The notes below the pieces were generated by a model. That model ran no database searches. It saw nothing but the letters and a program-made list of their open reading frames with translations, and was not told the origin of the DNA. Of a DNA stretch of 64,000 nucleotides, positions 41,655 through 51,717 are shown one piece after another. A program made the position numbers and the translations under genes. Positions within the stretch are counted from its first letter, which is position 1; each line of letters starts with the position of its first letter. Source of the stretch: Fervidobacterium sp. (GTDB taxonomy: Bacteria > Thermotogota > Thermotogae > Thermotogales > Fervidobacteriaceae); NCBI GenBank assembly GCA_049970055.1, contig JBMFNR010000001.1, positions 352,001 through 416,000 of the forward strand, read 5' to 3'.

Positions 41655-41702
41655 ATAACCACCTCGAGTCTGAAAATCTCTAGAGATTCTGAATACTTCC
41701 AG

Positions 41703-41738
41703 ATATTTAGTAATGGTAATATTTAGTAATGGTAATAT
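41703..41738. repeat. 16-bp tandem repeat ATATTTAGTAATGGTA x2 plus a partial unit
   Basis: copies at 41703-41718 and 41719-41734. Confidence 0.9.
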
Positions 41739-41908
41739 AATTATACAGAACTTTCTAAGAAAAATAAAGTCGCACGTTACTAAAAAACTTCAAGCATAAC
41801 TATGCATACTAAAGAAATTTCACTTGCTTACATTAAGTTTATAAATCAATCTGCGAGAAATGGATTTTTAATCGTAAAATGTTCTTTTGATTTAACATTG
41901 CAATAATA

Positions 41909-42012
41909 TTAACATCTGAATTGAAAAGTTGGTTCAGAAGTTTCTAGTAATCTTAAAAGTAACATAACGTCATAAATCAGTTCATAAAGGCAAACCATCA
42001 TTCAGATGTTAA
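41909..42012. repeat. 13-bp inverted repeat upstream of dnaA
   Basis: TTAACATCTGAAT (41909-41921) and ATTCAGATGTTAA (42000-42012). Confidence 0.85.
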
Positions 42013-42156
42013 CATAAAGTTAGACTTGATTTTTAACATTGACCTGTGAGATAATACCTAATGCATAACCGAAAAACCCTAAATTAACTTTGTGATTCTA
42101 TAAATTATTCTTTAGTTAAAGAGTTCTAAACGCTTTTCAAAACCTTGGGGGCCTTT

Positions 42157-43488
42157 ATGAAAGATATGAAAGAAAAGATTCTCTCCTCACTAAGAGAAAA
42201 AATAAACAGGCATCAGTGGGAACATTGGTTTGTTGATTTCACAGTTAAATACGTTCAAGATACCCACGTTGTTTTTGAAGTGGGAAATATGTTTATTAAG
42301 GGGTATATCGAAAAAAAATTTGACAAGATAATAAGAAAAATACTTTACGAAGTATTTGGTCAAAACGCAACTTACGAGATTATTTACGCACAGATTCAAC
42401 AAGAAGAAGAAAATCTTAGCATTCCTGATAACGTAGCGTTAGTTAGAAAAAGACCAGTTCTGATAACACCACTCAACCCAAGATATACTTTCGAGAACTT
42501 TGTTGTTGATGAATTTAATCAATTTGCTTACAATCTACTACTGGAAGCTGCAAAAAAATTAGGAACTTACAATCCGATATTTATTTACAGTGAAGCAGGA
42601 ATGGGAAAAACCCACTTGGTACAAGCCTTTGGAAATTATTTGCTTGAAAATAATCCGGACTTGAGATTTGCTTACCTTACGAGTGAAACATTTATGAACG
42701 AACTAATCTCGAAACTGAAGGCAGGAAACGTTGAAGAATTCAGAGAAAAGTATCGAAAGAAAGTCGATGTTTTGGTCATCGACGATATTCAGTTTCTTGC
42801 TGGCAAAAAAGGTGTTCAAATTGAGCTTTTTCACACCTTTAACACGTTGTACGAAGCAGGCAAACAAATCATAGTGTGTTCAGATAGATCACCAAAGGAG
42901 CTTAAAGAATTTCAAGACAGGGTAATTTCGAGGTTTCAGATGGGCGTAGTTGTTCAGATCAAAACGCCTTCAGTTGACGCTGTCTATCGAATAGCTAAAA
43001 AGGTTGTCGAAGACGAAAAGTCGGACATCCCTGATGATATATTATTGTACATAGCGAAGAATTTTAAAGGCAGTATAAGAATACTTAAAGGTGGGATAGT
43101 AAAGCTGATTGCTTACAAGAGTATGTACCACTCATTTGATCTTTCAACTGTGCGTATGCTTTTGAAAGACATACTTGTTGAAGAAAGAAGAGATGAGGAT
43201 ATAATAGATATCATTGCAAACTCTGTAGGCGTTACAAAGGATGATTTATTTTCCAACAAAAAAGACAAAAAAATTGTTGCTGCAAGACAACTTGCGATGT
43301 ACATTCTTAGCAATCGGTATCAGATGTCTGCAAGAAAGATAGCCAACATGTTTGGAAAAAGCCACCCTGCAATCTTATCAAGCTTAAAAACTATGCAAGA
43401 AAAGGTACAAAAAGATCCAGAAGTGCAAAAGATGCTGAAAAAAATTGAAGATACTTTAATAAAAAGCGTTGGCAAAGCATTATCTTAA
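42157..43488 (+). CDS. dnaA: chromosomal replication initiator DnaA
   Basis: LNPRYTFENFV, YNPIFIY...GMGKTHL, DDIQFL, FHTFN, SRF.MG, ARQLAMY. Confidence 0.96.
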   Translation: MKDMKEKILSSLREKINRHQWEHWFVDFTVKYVQDTHVVFEVGNMFIKGYIEKKFDKIIRKILYEVFGQNATYEIIYAQIQQEEENLSIPDNVALVRKRPVLITPLNPRYTFENFVVDEFNQFAYNLLLEAAKKLGTYNPIFIYSEAGMGKTHLVQAFGNYLLENNPDLRFAYLTSETFMNELISKLKAGNVEEFREKYRKKVDVLVIDDIQFLAGKKGVQIELFHTFNTLYEAGKQIIVCSDRSPKELKEFQDRVISRFQMGVVVQIKTPSVDAVYRIAKKVVEDEKSDIPDDILLYIAKNFKGSIRILKGGIVKLIAYKSMYHSFDLSTVRMLLKDILVEERRDEDIIDIIANSVGVTKDDLFSNKKDKKIVAARQLAMYILSNRYQMSARKIANMFGKSHPAILSSLKTMQEKVQKDPEVQKMLKKIEDTLIKSVGKALS

Positions 43489-43507
43489 TTCAATTAAATA
43501 CAATGTC

Positions 43508-43536
43508 TTGTCATTAATTGATGTTTATGTTATAAT
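43508..43536 (+). promoter_or_regulatory. sigma70-type promoter of ferredoxin
   Basis: TTGTCA-17bp-TATAAT with extended TG. Confidence 0.75.
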
Positions 43537-43565
43537 AGCCGTGAATTTGGATAAGGAGGTGCTAA

Positions 43566-43751
<186 letters not shown>

Positions 43752-43789
43752 TGTACTTTAAGTAGGTAGAGAGTAAATCAAAGGCAAGG

Positions 43790-43814
43790 AAACGGGGTTA
43801 ACCCCCGTTTTTTT
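43790..43814 (+). terminator. intrinsic terminator after ferredoxin
   Basis: AAACGGGG...CCCCGTTTTTTT. Confidence 0.85.
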
Positions 43815-44065
43815 GTGTACTATTAAGCTATTTAACGAATTTGAATTTTATATATACGAATTTTGCTTGACTATGGTTAGGTAATTAAAGCTAAGAACAA
43901 ATTTTCCTTGTTTTTCATTGTTTCCAATTATTTTTCTATGTTAACCGTGTAAAAATTCGATTGATTTTATTTCGTGTGGTATAATATAATTAAAAAGCCA
44001 AAAAAATAAACGCTGTTCTGAAATAACGTATACAGCAAATATATAGCAAAGGAAGGTGCAAAGAG

Positions 44066-45916
44066 GTGGTAAGTAAAGAGCTTATGACAAGAAAAAGAAA
44101 AGTTCTCGCTGTTTTACTTTTACTTTGTATTTCTTTTACTTTTTTTGCACTTGATTTGAAACAGGCGGAAGATTATTACAAGTCATTTTTTGAGAGCCCT
44201 TCACCTTACGGTTCTTATATTAAAAAGCTCATTTACAATGATCTTCCACTTTACAGGTTCTTCAAAATTTACATGGTAGGATCGACCGAAAAGTCGGAAA
44301 CAACAAAAAGAACAGGCGACTATTTAATTAATCTAAAACCCTTCGATGGTGTTGGTACGGACGAGGAGAAGCTAGCCAGAGCAATATATTTAACATATTG
44401 GGAAGCAAAGCTCAACAATAGGACGATCGATGTTGAAATAATAAAGAACTCCCCAATTTTTAACGAGTTTTTCTCAAATTACCAGATTAGAGTCTCCGAT
44501 GCGTTTAGAAATTATACACAGGATCTAGTAGCTTATCTTTTAGGTGTTAATGTTCCGCTTGATCTTATCCCAGAAAAACTAAAATCACTTAGAAAAGAAG
44601 TGATTAAGAATTTTGAATACCAACCTGTTTACAATAACGAAGAGAAAGAGGCTATATCAATTTTACTCGCAAGACCTGAAGTTATCGATGCTGTGCAAGA
44701 GATTATCGTTGATGCGCAAAATAACTCAAGTAGCTTAGATGATGAATCTTTAATATTTAGAACAAGTGCAAGTGTTTTTAGAAGTAGTTTTCAGTATATT
44801 GCAGGATTGAAAGACGAAATATCGACAAAATTTGTTGAGATAACACCAAAAGAGAGAAAATACAGTTGGATAAGATGGGCTATCTATGTTCCCTTCTTTG
44901 CTTTGTGGTACTTTCTATTCAAAGATATAAGTTTACCTTTCACATTATTTGTAGCTTCTGAAACAGTCTACATTGCTTCATTTATGGATATTCAGTCAAC
45001 CGTTAACGGTATGCTGTATGGATCTTTATTTGCGGTTGCTACGTTGTTCTCAATCATTCACTTCATTTTGAAAAAGAAGTACACATATGCGTTTATAGCG
45101 CTTTTAGCTATCATCACGCTTTTTATTCCATCGTTCTCAACTTCAGATGTCATCATGAACAATACTTTTTCAAACTCTCCATTTTATTCCGCTTTAGTTC
45201 AAGATGTCATTAAGGATCCTCTTGGAAAGATTCAAAGATACGCTAAGGATTTCAATACCACAGTGTCCGAGTCAATTCAATCCTTTACTACGCTGCTTTC
45301 CGACTTGCAAGAAGATGGCAACGTTTCTGAAGAATACTTCATTCCTGAAAACTTTTCTAAAAGAATAGAGTACGCCAAATCGCTTAAATCAAGACACGAA
45401 CGTATGGCAAAAGAAATTGACGATTTTGTTTATTTTGAAAGCGTTAGGATGAAGAAAGTAATCTCCATTAGAAAACATATGGAAAAACTTTTAAAAAGTA
45501 TTTCTTCTATATCTTCGAGTGACTTTAGAAAAGATCTTGGTGATTTCGTATTAAAGAATTTTTCTGAGCAAATATCACAACAACTTCTATCAATTATAAA
45601 TTCAACTCCACATAGAAATGCAGTGTTTTTGCCAGGATATAAAATCGAAAATTACCTAATTTCCACGATGCTTCTTTCACTTGCTCTGTTCTTAACAGCT
45701 CTCAATTTGCAGGAAGCGTTTATACCACTGATGGGTAGTATTGCAGTTTCCGTGCTTAGCTTATTGAAATACCAGACACTTTTTGTACAAGCAGGTGTAC
45801 CTCCGATAACGATCTTTGTAAATTGGGCAATTCCGTATGTTTTAGTGTTATCCGTTATGTTTGGTTTTCTTTGGCTTAAGGCATACAACACCTTTAGAAG
45901 GAGGGAGAAAGTATGA
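44066..45916 (+). CDS. hypothetical multi-pass membrane protein with two large soluble domains
   Basis: signal peptide, two TM clusters; stop overlaps the BMP start (ATGA). Confidence 0.75.
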   Translation: MVSKELMTRKRKVLAVLLLLCISFTFFALDLKQAEDYYKSFFESPSPYGSYIKKLIYNDLPLYRFFKIYMVGSTEKSETTKRTGDYLINLKPFDGVGTDEEKLARAIYLTYWEAKLNNRTIDVEIIKNSPIFNEFFSNYQIRVSDAFRNYTQDLVAYLLGVNVPLDLIPEKLKSLRKEVIKNFEYQPVYNNEEKEAISILLARPEVIDAVQEIIVDAQNNSSSLDDESLIFRTSASVFRSSFQYIAGLKDEISTKFVEITPKERKYSWIRWAIYVPFFALWYFLFKDISLPFTLFVASETVYIASFMDIQSTVNGMLYGSLFAVATLFSIIHFILKKKYTYAFIALLAIITLFIPSFSTSDVIMNNTFSNSPFYSALVQDVIKDPLGKIQRYAKDFNTTVSESIQSFTTLLSDLQEDGNVSEEYFIPENFSKRIEYAKSLKSRHERMAKEIDDFVYFESVRMKKVISIRKHMEKLLKSISSISSSDFRKDLGDFVLKNFSEQISQQLLSIINSTPHRNAVFLPGYKIENYLISTMLLSLALFLTALNLQEAFIPLMGSIAVSVLSLLKYQTLFVQAGVPPITIFVNWAIPYVLVLSVMFGFLWLKAYNTFRRREKV

Positions 45917-47016
45917 AGAAGTTTTTGGTAGTTTTACTGCTGGCGCTTGTCTTAACACTTGGTTTTTCATTCAAAGCGATTATGGTTACGGACACGGGAG
46001 GTCTTGGCGACAAGTCATTCAACGATGGTACATGGGCAGGTGTTCAAAAGGCAGCAAAAGAGTTAGGTGTTGAAGCAAAAGTCATTATGTCACAAGAACA
46101 GTCGGACTACATACCAAACCTTACAAAAGCTGCGGAAGAGGTTTCAAAGGAAAAAGATGGTGGTATAGTCTTTGCTGTTGGTTTCATGATGACGGATGCT
46201 CTACAAAAAGTTGCTAATCAATATCCAGCGGTTTACTTCGCAGGTATTGACATTGCATTTGATGGTAAAGAACTTCCAAACGTTATAAACTTTTTATTTA
46301 AAGAGCAAGAATCAGCGTTCCTCGTTGGCTACATTGCAGCTGCTATGACAAAAACGGGTAAAGTAGGATTCGTCGGTGGAATACCAATTCCCCCAGTTGA
46401 GAGATTCAGATACGGCTATGAGGCAGGTATTAAGGCATACCAAGATCTTAAAGGTAAGAAGATAACAGTTATCAGAGGTTACACAAACGAATTTAGCGAT
46501 CCTAAGAAAGGTAAGGACCTTGCAAATTCACAATTCTCGCAGGGCGCGGATATAATATTTGCTGCGGCTGGTGCGTGCGGTAATGGAGTTATCGAGGCTG
46601 CAAAAGAAAGAAGTGAAAAACTTGCTGGAAAGGGTCTCGATAATATTAAAAAGTATGCACTTTCAAATAAACCTCTTTACTACGCAATCGGTGTCGACGT
46701 TGACCAAGATTATATGGCACCTGGTGTTGTACTAACAAGTGCGATGAAAGGTGTAGACATGGCTGGTTATTATGGTGTAGTTTGGGCGTACAAAGGACAG
46801 TTCAAAGGCGGTGTAAAGAATCTCGGACTCAAAGAAAATGGTGTCAGGATGTCAGAGATGAAATACACAAAAGAAATAATCTCTGCACTTGCACCAAACG
46901 CAATCAATGAACTCGAGTACCTGAAACAACTTATAATTGATGGTAAGATCGTTGTACCAGATTCAGAAGACGCACTCAAAGCATTTACGATCAAGGGTAT
47001 AAAACTTCCAAAATAA
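45913..47016 (+). CDS. BMP-family ABC substrate-binding protein, probably nucleosides
   Basis: DTGGLGDKSFN, FKEQESAFLVGYIAA, GADIIFAAAG, IGVDVDQ, LTSAMK. Confidence 0.9.
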   Translation: MKKFLVVLLLALVLTLGFSFKAIMVTDTGGLGDKSFNDGTWAGVQKAAKELGVEAKVIMSQEQSDYIPNLTKAAEEVSKEKDGGIVFAVGFMMTDALQKVANQYPAVYFAGIDIAFDGKELPNVINFLFKEQESAFLVGYIAAAMTKTGKVGFVGGIPIPPVERFRYGYEAGIKAYQDLKGKKITVIRGYTNEFSDPKKGKDLANSQFSQGADIIFAAAGACGNGVIEAAKERSEKLAGKGLDNIKKYALSNKPLYYAIGVDVDQDYMAPGVVLTSAMKGVDMAGYYGVVWAYKGQFKGGVKNLGLKENGVRMSEMKYTKEIISALAPNAINELEYLKQLIIDGKIVVPDSEDALKAFTIKGIKLPK

Positions 47017-47061
47017 AATTGAAGGAAGTCGTTTCATCTAAGGATTGTTTAAAAATCATTC

Positions 47062-47087
47062 AAGCGGGGGCTCTCGCCCCCGGTTTT
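47062..47087 (+). terminator. terminator-like hairpin after the BMP gene
   Basis: CGGGGGC-TCTC-GCCCCCG followed by GTTTT. Confidence 0.7.
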
Positions 47088-47141
47088 AATAGTTAATTGG
47101 CAGTCAACTGATATTCAATTGGCAATTGATTGAATAATTAA

Positions 47142-47200
47142 TTAATCAGTAGTCTACAATCATCAGTACTAAAATCTGTTGATTGTAGACTGCTGGTTAA
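47142..47200 (+). other. 21-bp RNA stem-loop in the ABC operon intergenic region
   Basis: 47142-47162 pairs with 47180-47200; the two non-Watson-Crick pairs are both U-G on the plus strand. Confidence 0.75.
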
Positions 47201-47235
47201 GCGAACGAAAATACCCAATCAACGGAGGTGGCGTG

Positions 47236-48816
47236 TTGGTGAGTTCAAAAGTTCAGAACAAAGTACATGACTTGGGAAAAGAACAACCCTATGCTGTAGA
47301 GATGATGAATATAACAAAAAGATTTCCTGGAGTTTTGGCAAACGATAAGGTTACGATACGTATAAAAAAGGGAGAAATCCATGCTATTGTTGGTGAAAAC
47401 GGTGCAGGCAAAAGCACTTTGATGAATCAACTCTACGGTTTGTACCATCCAGATAGCGGAGAGATAAGGATCTTCGGTGAGAAAAAAGTTTTTACTGGTC
47501 CAAGAGATGCTATTAAAGCTGGTATCGGTATGGTTCACCAGCATTTCATGCTCGTTAATACGTTAACGGTGGCGGAAAATGTTGTATTAGGTAATGAGCC
47601 AACGAAAGGGGTTAATTTCGATCTCAGAAAAGCACGAGAACAAGTGAAAGAATTGTCAGAAAAGTACGGACTTTACGTTGATGTTGACGCGAAAATAGAA
47701 GATATCCCTGTTGGAATGCAACAAAGAGTTGAGATAATCAAGACCCTTTATCGTGGTGCGAATATAATCATTTTGGACGAGCCAACAGCTGTCTTAACGC
47801 CTCAAGAAGTCGAGGAACTTTTTGTTATAATGAGAAATCTCAAAAATGCTGGAAAGACACTTTTATTTATCTCACATAAGTTAAACGAAGTTATGGAAAT
47901 AAGTGACAGGATCACAGTGATGCGTGGTGGAAAAGTGACAGCAGAGCTGATTACTAAGGAGACAAATGAAAGAGAAATAGCAAGAGCAATGGTGGGGCGT
48001 GATGTCGTGCTCAAACTCGATAAAGCTCATCACGAGCCCAAAGAAGTAATGTTTGAGGTCAAAGATCTATGGGTTAAAGACAATAGGCACCTCGATGCTG
48101 TTAGAGGTGTTTCGTTTGTAGTGCGGCGTGGTGAGGTCGTTGGTATTGCAGGTGTAGCAGGTAATGGTCAAACCGAATTAGTTGAAGCAATAACAGGTTT
48201 AAGAAAGGTGGAAAAAGGACAGGTAATCCTTGAAGGAAAAGATGTAACAAATGCGCACCCTAGAGCGCTACGAGAAAAGGGAATGACACATATCGCCGAA
48301 GATAGATTAAAGCATGCTCTCATAAAACAATTCACGGCATACTATAACGTCATTCTTGGTAAACATTATAAAAAACCTTTTGCAAATAACGCATTTTTAA
48401 ATCACAAAGAGATCAAAAGATACACGGCGGAACTTATGGAGGAGTTCGATGTAAGACCAAGAATCATAGAGCATTTAGGTGGGAATTTTTCCGGTGGAAA
48501 TCAGCAAAAGCTCGTTGTAGGTAGAGAAATCAAAGCTGGTCCCAAATTCATGGTTGTTGCGCAGCCAACAAGGGGATTAGATGTTGGAGCTATCGAATTT
48601 ATTCATAGACAAATACTGAGAATGAGAGAACAAGATGTTGCAATACTACTTATTTCAATGGAACTTGAAGAAATATTCTCGTTGAGTGACAGGATATTAG
48701 TTATGTACGAGGGTCAGATAATGGGTGAGGTTAAACCAGAAGAAACAACCGTAGAGGAAGTTGGACTTATGATGGCAGGTAAGAGATTAGAAGAAGTAAG
48801 AGGTGGTAAGAAATGA
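47236..48816 (+). CDS. nucleoside/sugar (CUT2) ABC transporter ATPase, two ABC domains
   Basis: GENGAGKST, LDEPT, SGGNQQK, QPTRGLD; start placed behind GGAGGTG. Confidence 0.92.
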   Translation: MVSSKVQNKVHDLGKEQPYAVEMMNITKRFPGVLANDKVTIRIKKGEIHAIVGENGAGKSTLMNQLYGLYHPDSGEIRIFGEKKVFTGPRDAIKAGIGMVHQHFMLVNTLTVAENVVLGNEPTKGVNFDLRKAREQVKELSEKYGLYVDVDAKIEDIPVGMQQRVEIIKTLYRGANIIILDEPTAVLTPQEVEELFVIMRNLKNAGKTLLFISHKLNEVMEISDRITVMRGGKVTAELITKETNEREIARAMVGRDVVLKLDKAHHEPKEVMFEVKDLWVKDNRHLDAVRGVSFVVRRGEVVGIAGVAGNGQTELVEAITGLRKVEKGQVILEGKDVTNAHPRALREKGMTHIAEDRLKHALIKQFTAYYNVILGKHYKKPFANNAFLNHKEIKRYTAELMEEFDVRPRIIEHLGGNFSGGNQQKLVVGREIKAGPKFMVVAQPTRGLDVGAIEFIHRQILRMREQDVAILLISMELEEIFSLSDRILVMYEGQIMGEVKPEETTVEEVGLMMAGKRLEEVRGGKK

Positions 48817-49847
48817 AAAAATTTGTCGAAAACATAGCAGTGCCGCTGATTTCTGTTTTAATTGCGTTGATCATTTCTGCGTTTATTATACTTGCAATAG
48901 GGAAAAACCCAATCCTGGCTTATGGAAGACTGTTGCACGGCGCTTTTGGGAGTAAGCAAGCTATAATTGATACGCTCATTAAAACAACACCACTTATCCT
49001 TACTGGTCTTGCCGTTGGTTTTGGTTTCAGGGCTGGAGTATTTAACATAGGTGCCGAAGGTCAGATGGCTATGGGAGCTCTTGTTGCGGCCAGTGTTGCA
49101 AGTAATTTTGGGGGGTTACCACCGGTAATTGCCATTCCTTTAACGATGGTTATAGGTATGGCTGCAGGGGCGGGGTGGGCAGCTATAGCGGGTTTTTTGA
49201 AAGCGAAGACAGGAGCACACGAAGTTGTTACCACGATCATGCTTAACTGGACAACGACTTACATTGCTTCTTTTGTAGTAACTGGTCCATTGGCAACAGG
49301 ATCTGGTACACCAAAGAGCCCGGAGATTGCATTATCTGCGCAATTACCGATATTGATGAGAGTTGGGGCTATGGAACTCAGCAGTGGAATTATTATATCT
49401 ATTGTTGCAGCTATATTTATGTATGTATTTTTAAATAAAACAACAATGGGATACGAGATAAAAGCTGTTGGTTTTAACCCCTATGCAGCAGAATATGGCG
49501 GTATAAGCTTTGCGAAAAATATAGTTCTTGCAATGGCCATAAGTGGAGCTTTGGCGGGTCTTGCCGGAGTTACAGAGTTGATGGGAGTTCACCATAGATT
49601 CTTGGGAGAACTTTCCGGCGGTAAAGGTTTCGACGGTATCAGTATCGCATTAATTGGTCAGAATAACCCGATCGGAATAATATTTGCAGCACTGTTAATC
49701 GGTGCGTTAAGGACAGGTAGTAACGAAATGCAATTCATGGGAGTTTCTAAATATGTCGTCATTATCGTCCAAGCAATAGTTATATTCCTTGTGGCTGCTG
49801 ATAGAATCGTGCGCACAATTTATGTAAGAAAGAAGGTGAAAGCATGA
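48813..49847 (+). CDS. nucleoside ABC transporter permease
   Basis: FNIGAEGQ, HEVVTTIMLN, GFDGISIALIG.NNP. Confidence 0.9.
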   Translation: MKKFVENIAVPLISVLIALIISAFIILAIGKNPILAYGRLLHGAFGSKQAIIDTLIKTTPLILTGLAVGFGFRAGVFNIGAEGQMAMGALVAASVASNFGGLPPVIAIPLTMVIGMAAGAGWAAIAGFLKAKTGAHEVVTTIMLNWTTTYIASFVVTGPLATGSGTPKSPEIALSAQLPILMRVGAMELSSGIIISIVAAIFMYVFLNKTTMGYEIKAVGFNPYAAEYGGISFAKNIVLAMAISGALAGLAGVTELMGVHHRFLGELSGGKGFDGISIALIGQNNPIGIIFAALLIGALRTGSNEMQFMGVSKYVVIIVQAIVIFLVAADRIVRTIYVRKKVKA

Positions 49848-50803
49848 GAATACTCCAAGCTGTACTTTCCATATTTATAAATCCACAGTTTTACAAGATC
49901 GCGTTAACAACCGCTACGCCTCTTATTTTCACGTCACTTGGTGGAGTTTTTAGTGAAGTTACTGGCGTTGTCAATATCGCGCTCGAAGGAATTATATTGA
50001 TGGGGGCATTCACTTCTGTTGTTTTCACTTATCTGACTGGTAACGTATGGTTCGGAGTGTTTATGGCAATAGTAAGTGGTATTTTGCTTGCGTTGTTACA
50101 TGCGTGGGGAAGTATAAAATGGGCTGGTAACCAAGTTGTACTTGGCACAGCGATTATACTACTTTCACAAGGGCTTACAGGTTTTTTAATGGAACCAATC
50201 TTTGGTCAGCCAGGTCAGACGGATTTTGTTGGAAAAATCGATGAAATAACAATTCCGGGGCTTGTAAATGTACCGTTCATTGGAAAAATAATTGGAGAAA
50301 TTAGCCCATTTGTCTACATTGCATTTGCTTGTGTTTTATTTGGTTGGTGGCTTATTTACAAAACAAAGTTAGGTTTAAGGATGAGAGCAGTAGGTGAAAA
50401 CCCAGAAGCAGCAGATACACTGGGTGTAAATGTTTTTGCTATAAGGTACTTTGGAGTTATAATGAGTGGTGTTTTTGCCTCACTTGCTGGTGCGTACCTT
50501 AGTGTTGGTGAGATAGGCCAGTTTAAAGAATTGATGTCCGGTGGAAGAGGATTTATTGGTCTTGCGGCCATGATTATTGGTAAGTGGAATCCGGTAGGAG
50601 CTATGCTTGCGAGTTTGTTCTTTGGTTTTTTTGGTGCTTTTTCAAATCAACTTCAGAGTTTACAACAAATTTCCGTTGCTTCAAACATGAAATCGCTCTT
50701 TGATACGATTCCATTTATACTCACAATTATCGTTGTTGCCGGATTCGTTGGAAAATCAAGAGCACCCGCTGCAGACGGTGTACCTTATGAAAAACACGGA
50801 TAA
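49844..50803 (+). CDS. nucleoside ABC transporter permease
   Basis: SEVTGVVNIALEG, RAVGENPEAADTLG, GRGFIGLAAMIIGKWNP. Confidence 0.9.
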   Translation: MRILQAVLSIFINPQFYKIALTTATPLIFTSLGGVFSEVTGVVNIALEGIILMGAFTSVVFTYLTGNVWFGVFMAIVSGILLALLHAWGSIKWAGNQVVLGTAIILLSQGLTGFLMEPIFGQPGQTDFVGKIDEITIPGLVNVPFIGKIIGEISPFVYIAFACVLFGWWLIYKTKLGLRMRAVGENPEAADTLGVNVFAIRYFGVIMSGVFASLAGAYLSVGEIGQFKELMSGGRGFIGLAAMIIGKWNPVGAMLASLFFGFFGAFSNQLQSLQQISVASNMKSLFDTIPFILTIIVVAGFVGKSRAPAADGVPYEKHG

Positions 50804-50833
50804 TTTTGCGCAAGCTTAAAAAAGGTGATTCCA

Positions 50834-51232
50834 ATGCTCAAAAAATTGGAGATCGGAACCTCGAAACGTGTAGAATTTATAGATATCACACCGCTTATTT
50901 CTTTAATTGTGAGTGAATCTAATGTAAAAGAAGGTATCTGCATTGTGTACGTACCACATACAACGTGTGGGTTAACCGTAAATGAACACGCTGATCCATC
51001 GGTTGTCAGTGATATAATAAATCAGGTAGGAAGGTTAATACCACAGGATGCTAATTACGAACATATGGAGGGCAATTCGGATGCTCATATCAAAACCTCT
51101 CTTTTTGGTAATAGTCTTACAATCATAATAAGTAATGGTAAACTCTTACTTGGTGCTTGGCAGGGAATATTCTTCTGTGAATTCGATGGTCCAAGAAGAA
51201 GAAACATATACGTAAAGATTATGGAGGGTTAA
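50834..51232 (+). CDS. yjbQ: YjbQ / UPF0047 protein
   Basis: PHTTCGLTVNE, H.EGNSDAHIK, LGAWQGIFFCEFDGPR. Confidence 0.9.
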   Translation: MLKKLEIGTSKRVEFIDITPLISLIVSESNVKEGICIVYVPHTTCGLTVNEHADPSVVSDIINQVGRLIPQDANYEHMEGNSDAHIKTSLFGNSLTIIISNGKLLLGAWQGIFFCEFDGPRRRNIYVKIMEG

Positions 51233-51234
51233 TC

Positions 51235-51717
51235 TTGAACCTTCTAATCGAAGGACTACCGGGAAGTGGTAAAAGTTTAATTAGTGAAATACTCAGTAAA
51301 GACTTCGGTTATAACTTAATAGAAGTTGAAAAAGTCTTTGAGATAGAAGCAGGTACAACTTTGTGCGATGTAGTAAAACACAACGGCTTTCAAAAAGCAG
51401 CACACGTGGAACGTAAAATTCTTGAACGATTTCGAAAAGGATATGGTAGAATAATACTTGGTTGCGGTATGATAGATAATTTTGTACTCGACAATTTCCT
51501 AGTTGTGTATCTAAAAATCCCTAAGGAAAGATTTCTTGAGAGCTTCCAAAGGTGTTCTTCAAAGAGTAATTTAGAAGCACATTACAACAAATTTCATCGT
51601 TTTCTTAGTACCCACGCAGATTTAGTTATATCTGTCCAGCACAAGATGAAATTTGAAATATGTGTAATAATAGACGATTTTTTCAAGAAAAATATAATTC
51701 ACAAGCAAAACACTTGA
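51235..51717 (+). CDS. shikimate kinase-like P-loop kinase, divergent
   Basis: GLPGSGKS; overall AroK-like layout. Confidence 0.65.
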   Translation: MNLLIEGLPGSGKSLISEILSKDFGYNLIEVEKVFEIEAGTTLCDVVKHNGFQKAAHVERKILERFRKGYGRIILGCGMIDNFVLDNFLVVYLKIPKERFLESFQRCSSKSNLEAHYNKFHRFLSTHADLVISVQHKMKFEICVIIDDFFKKNIIHKQNT

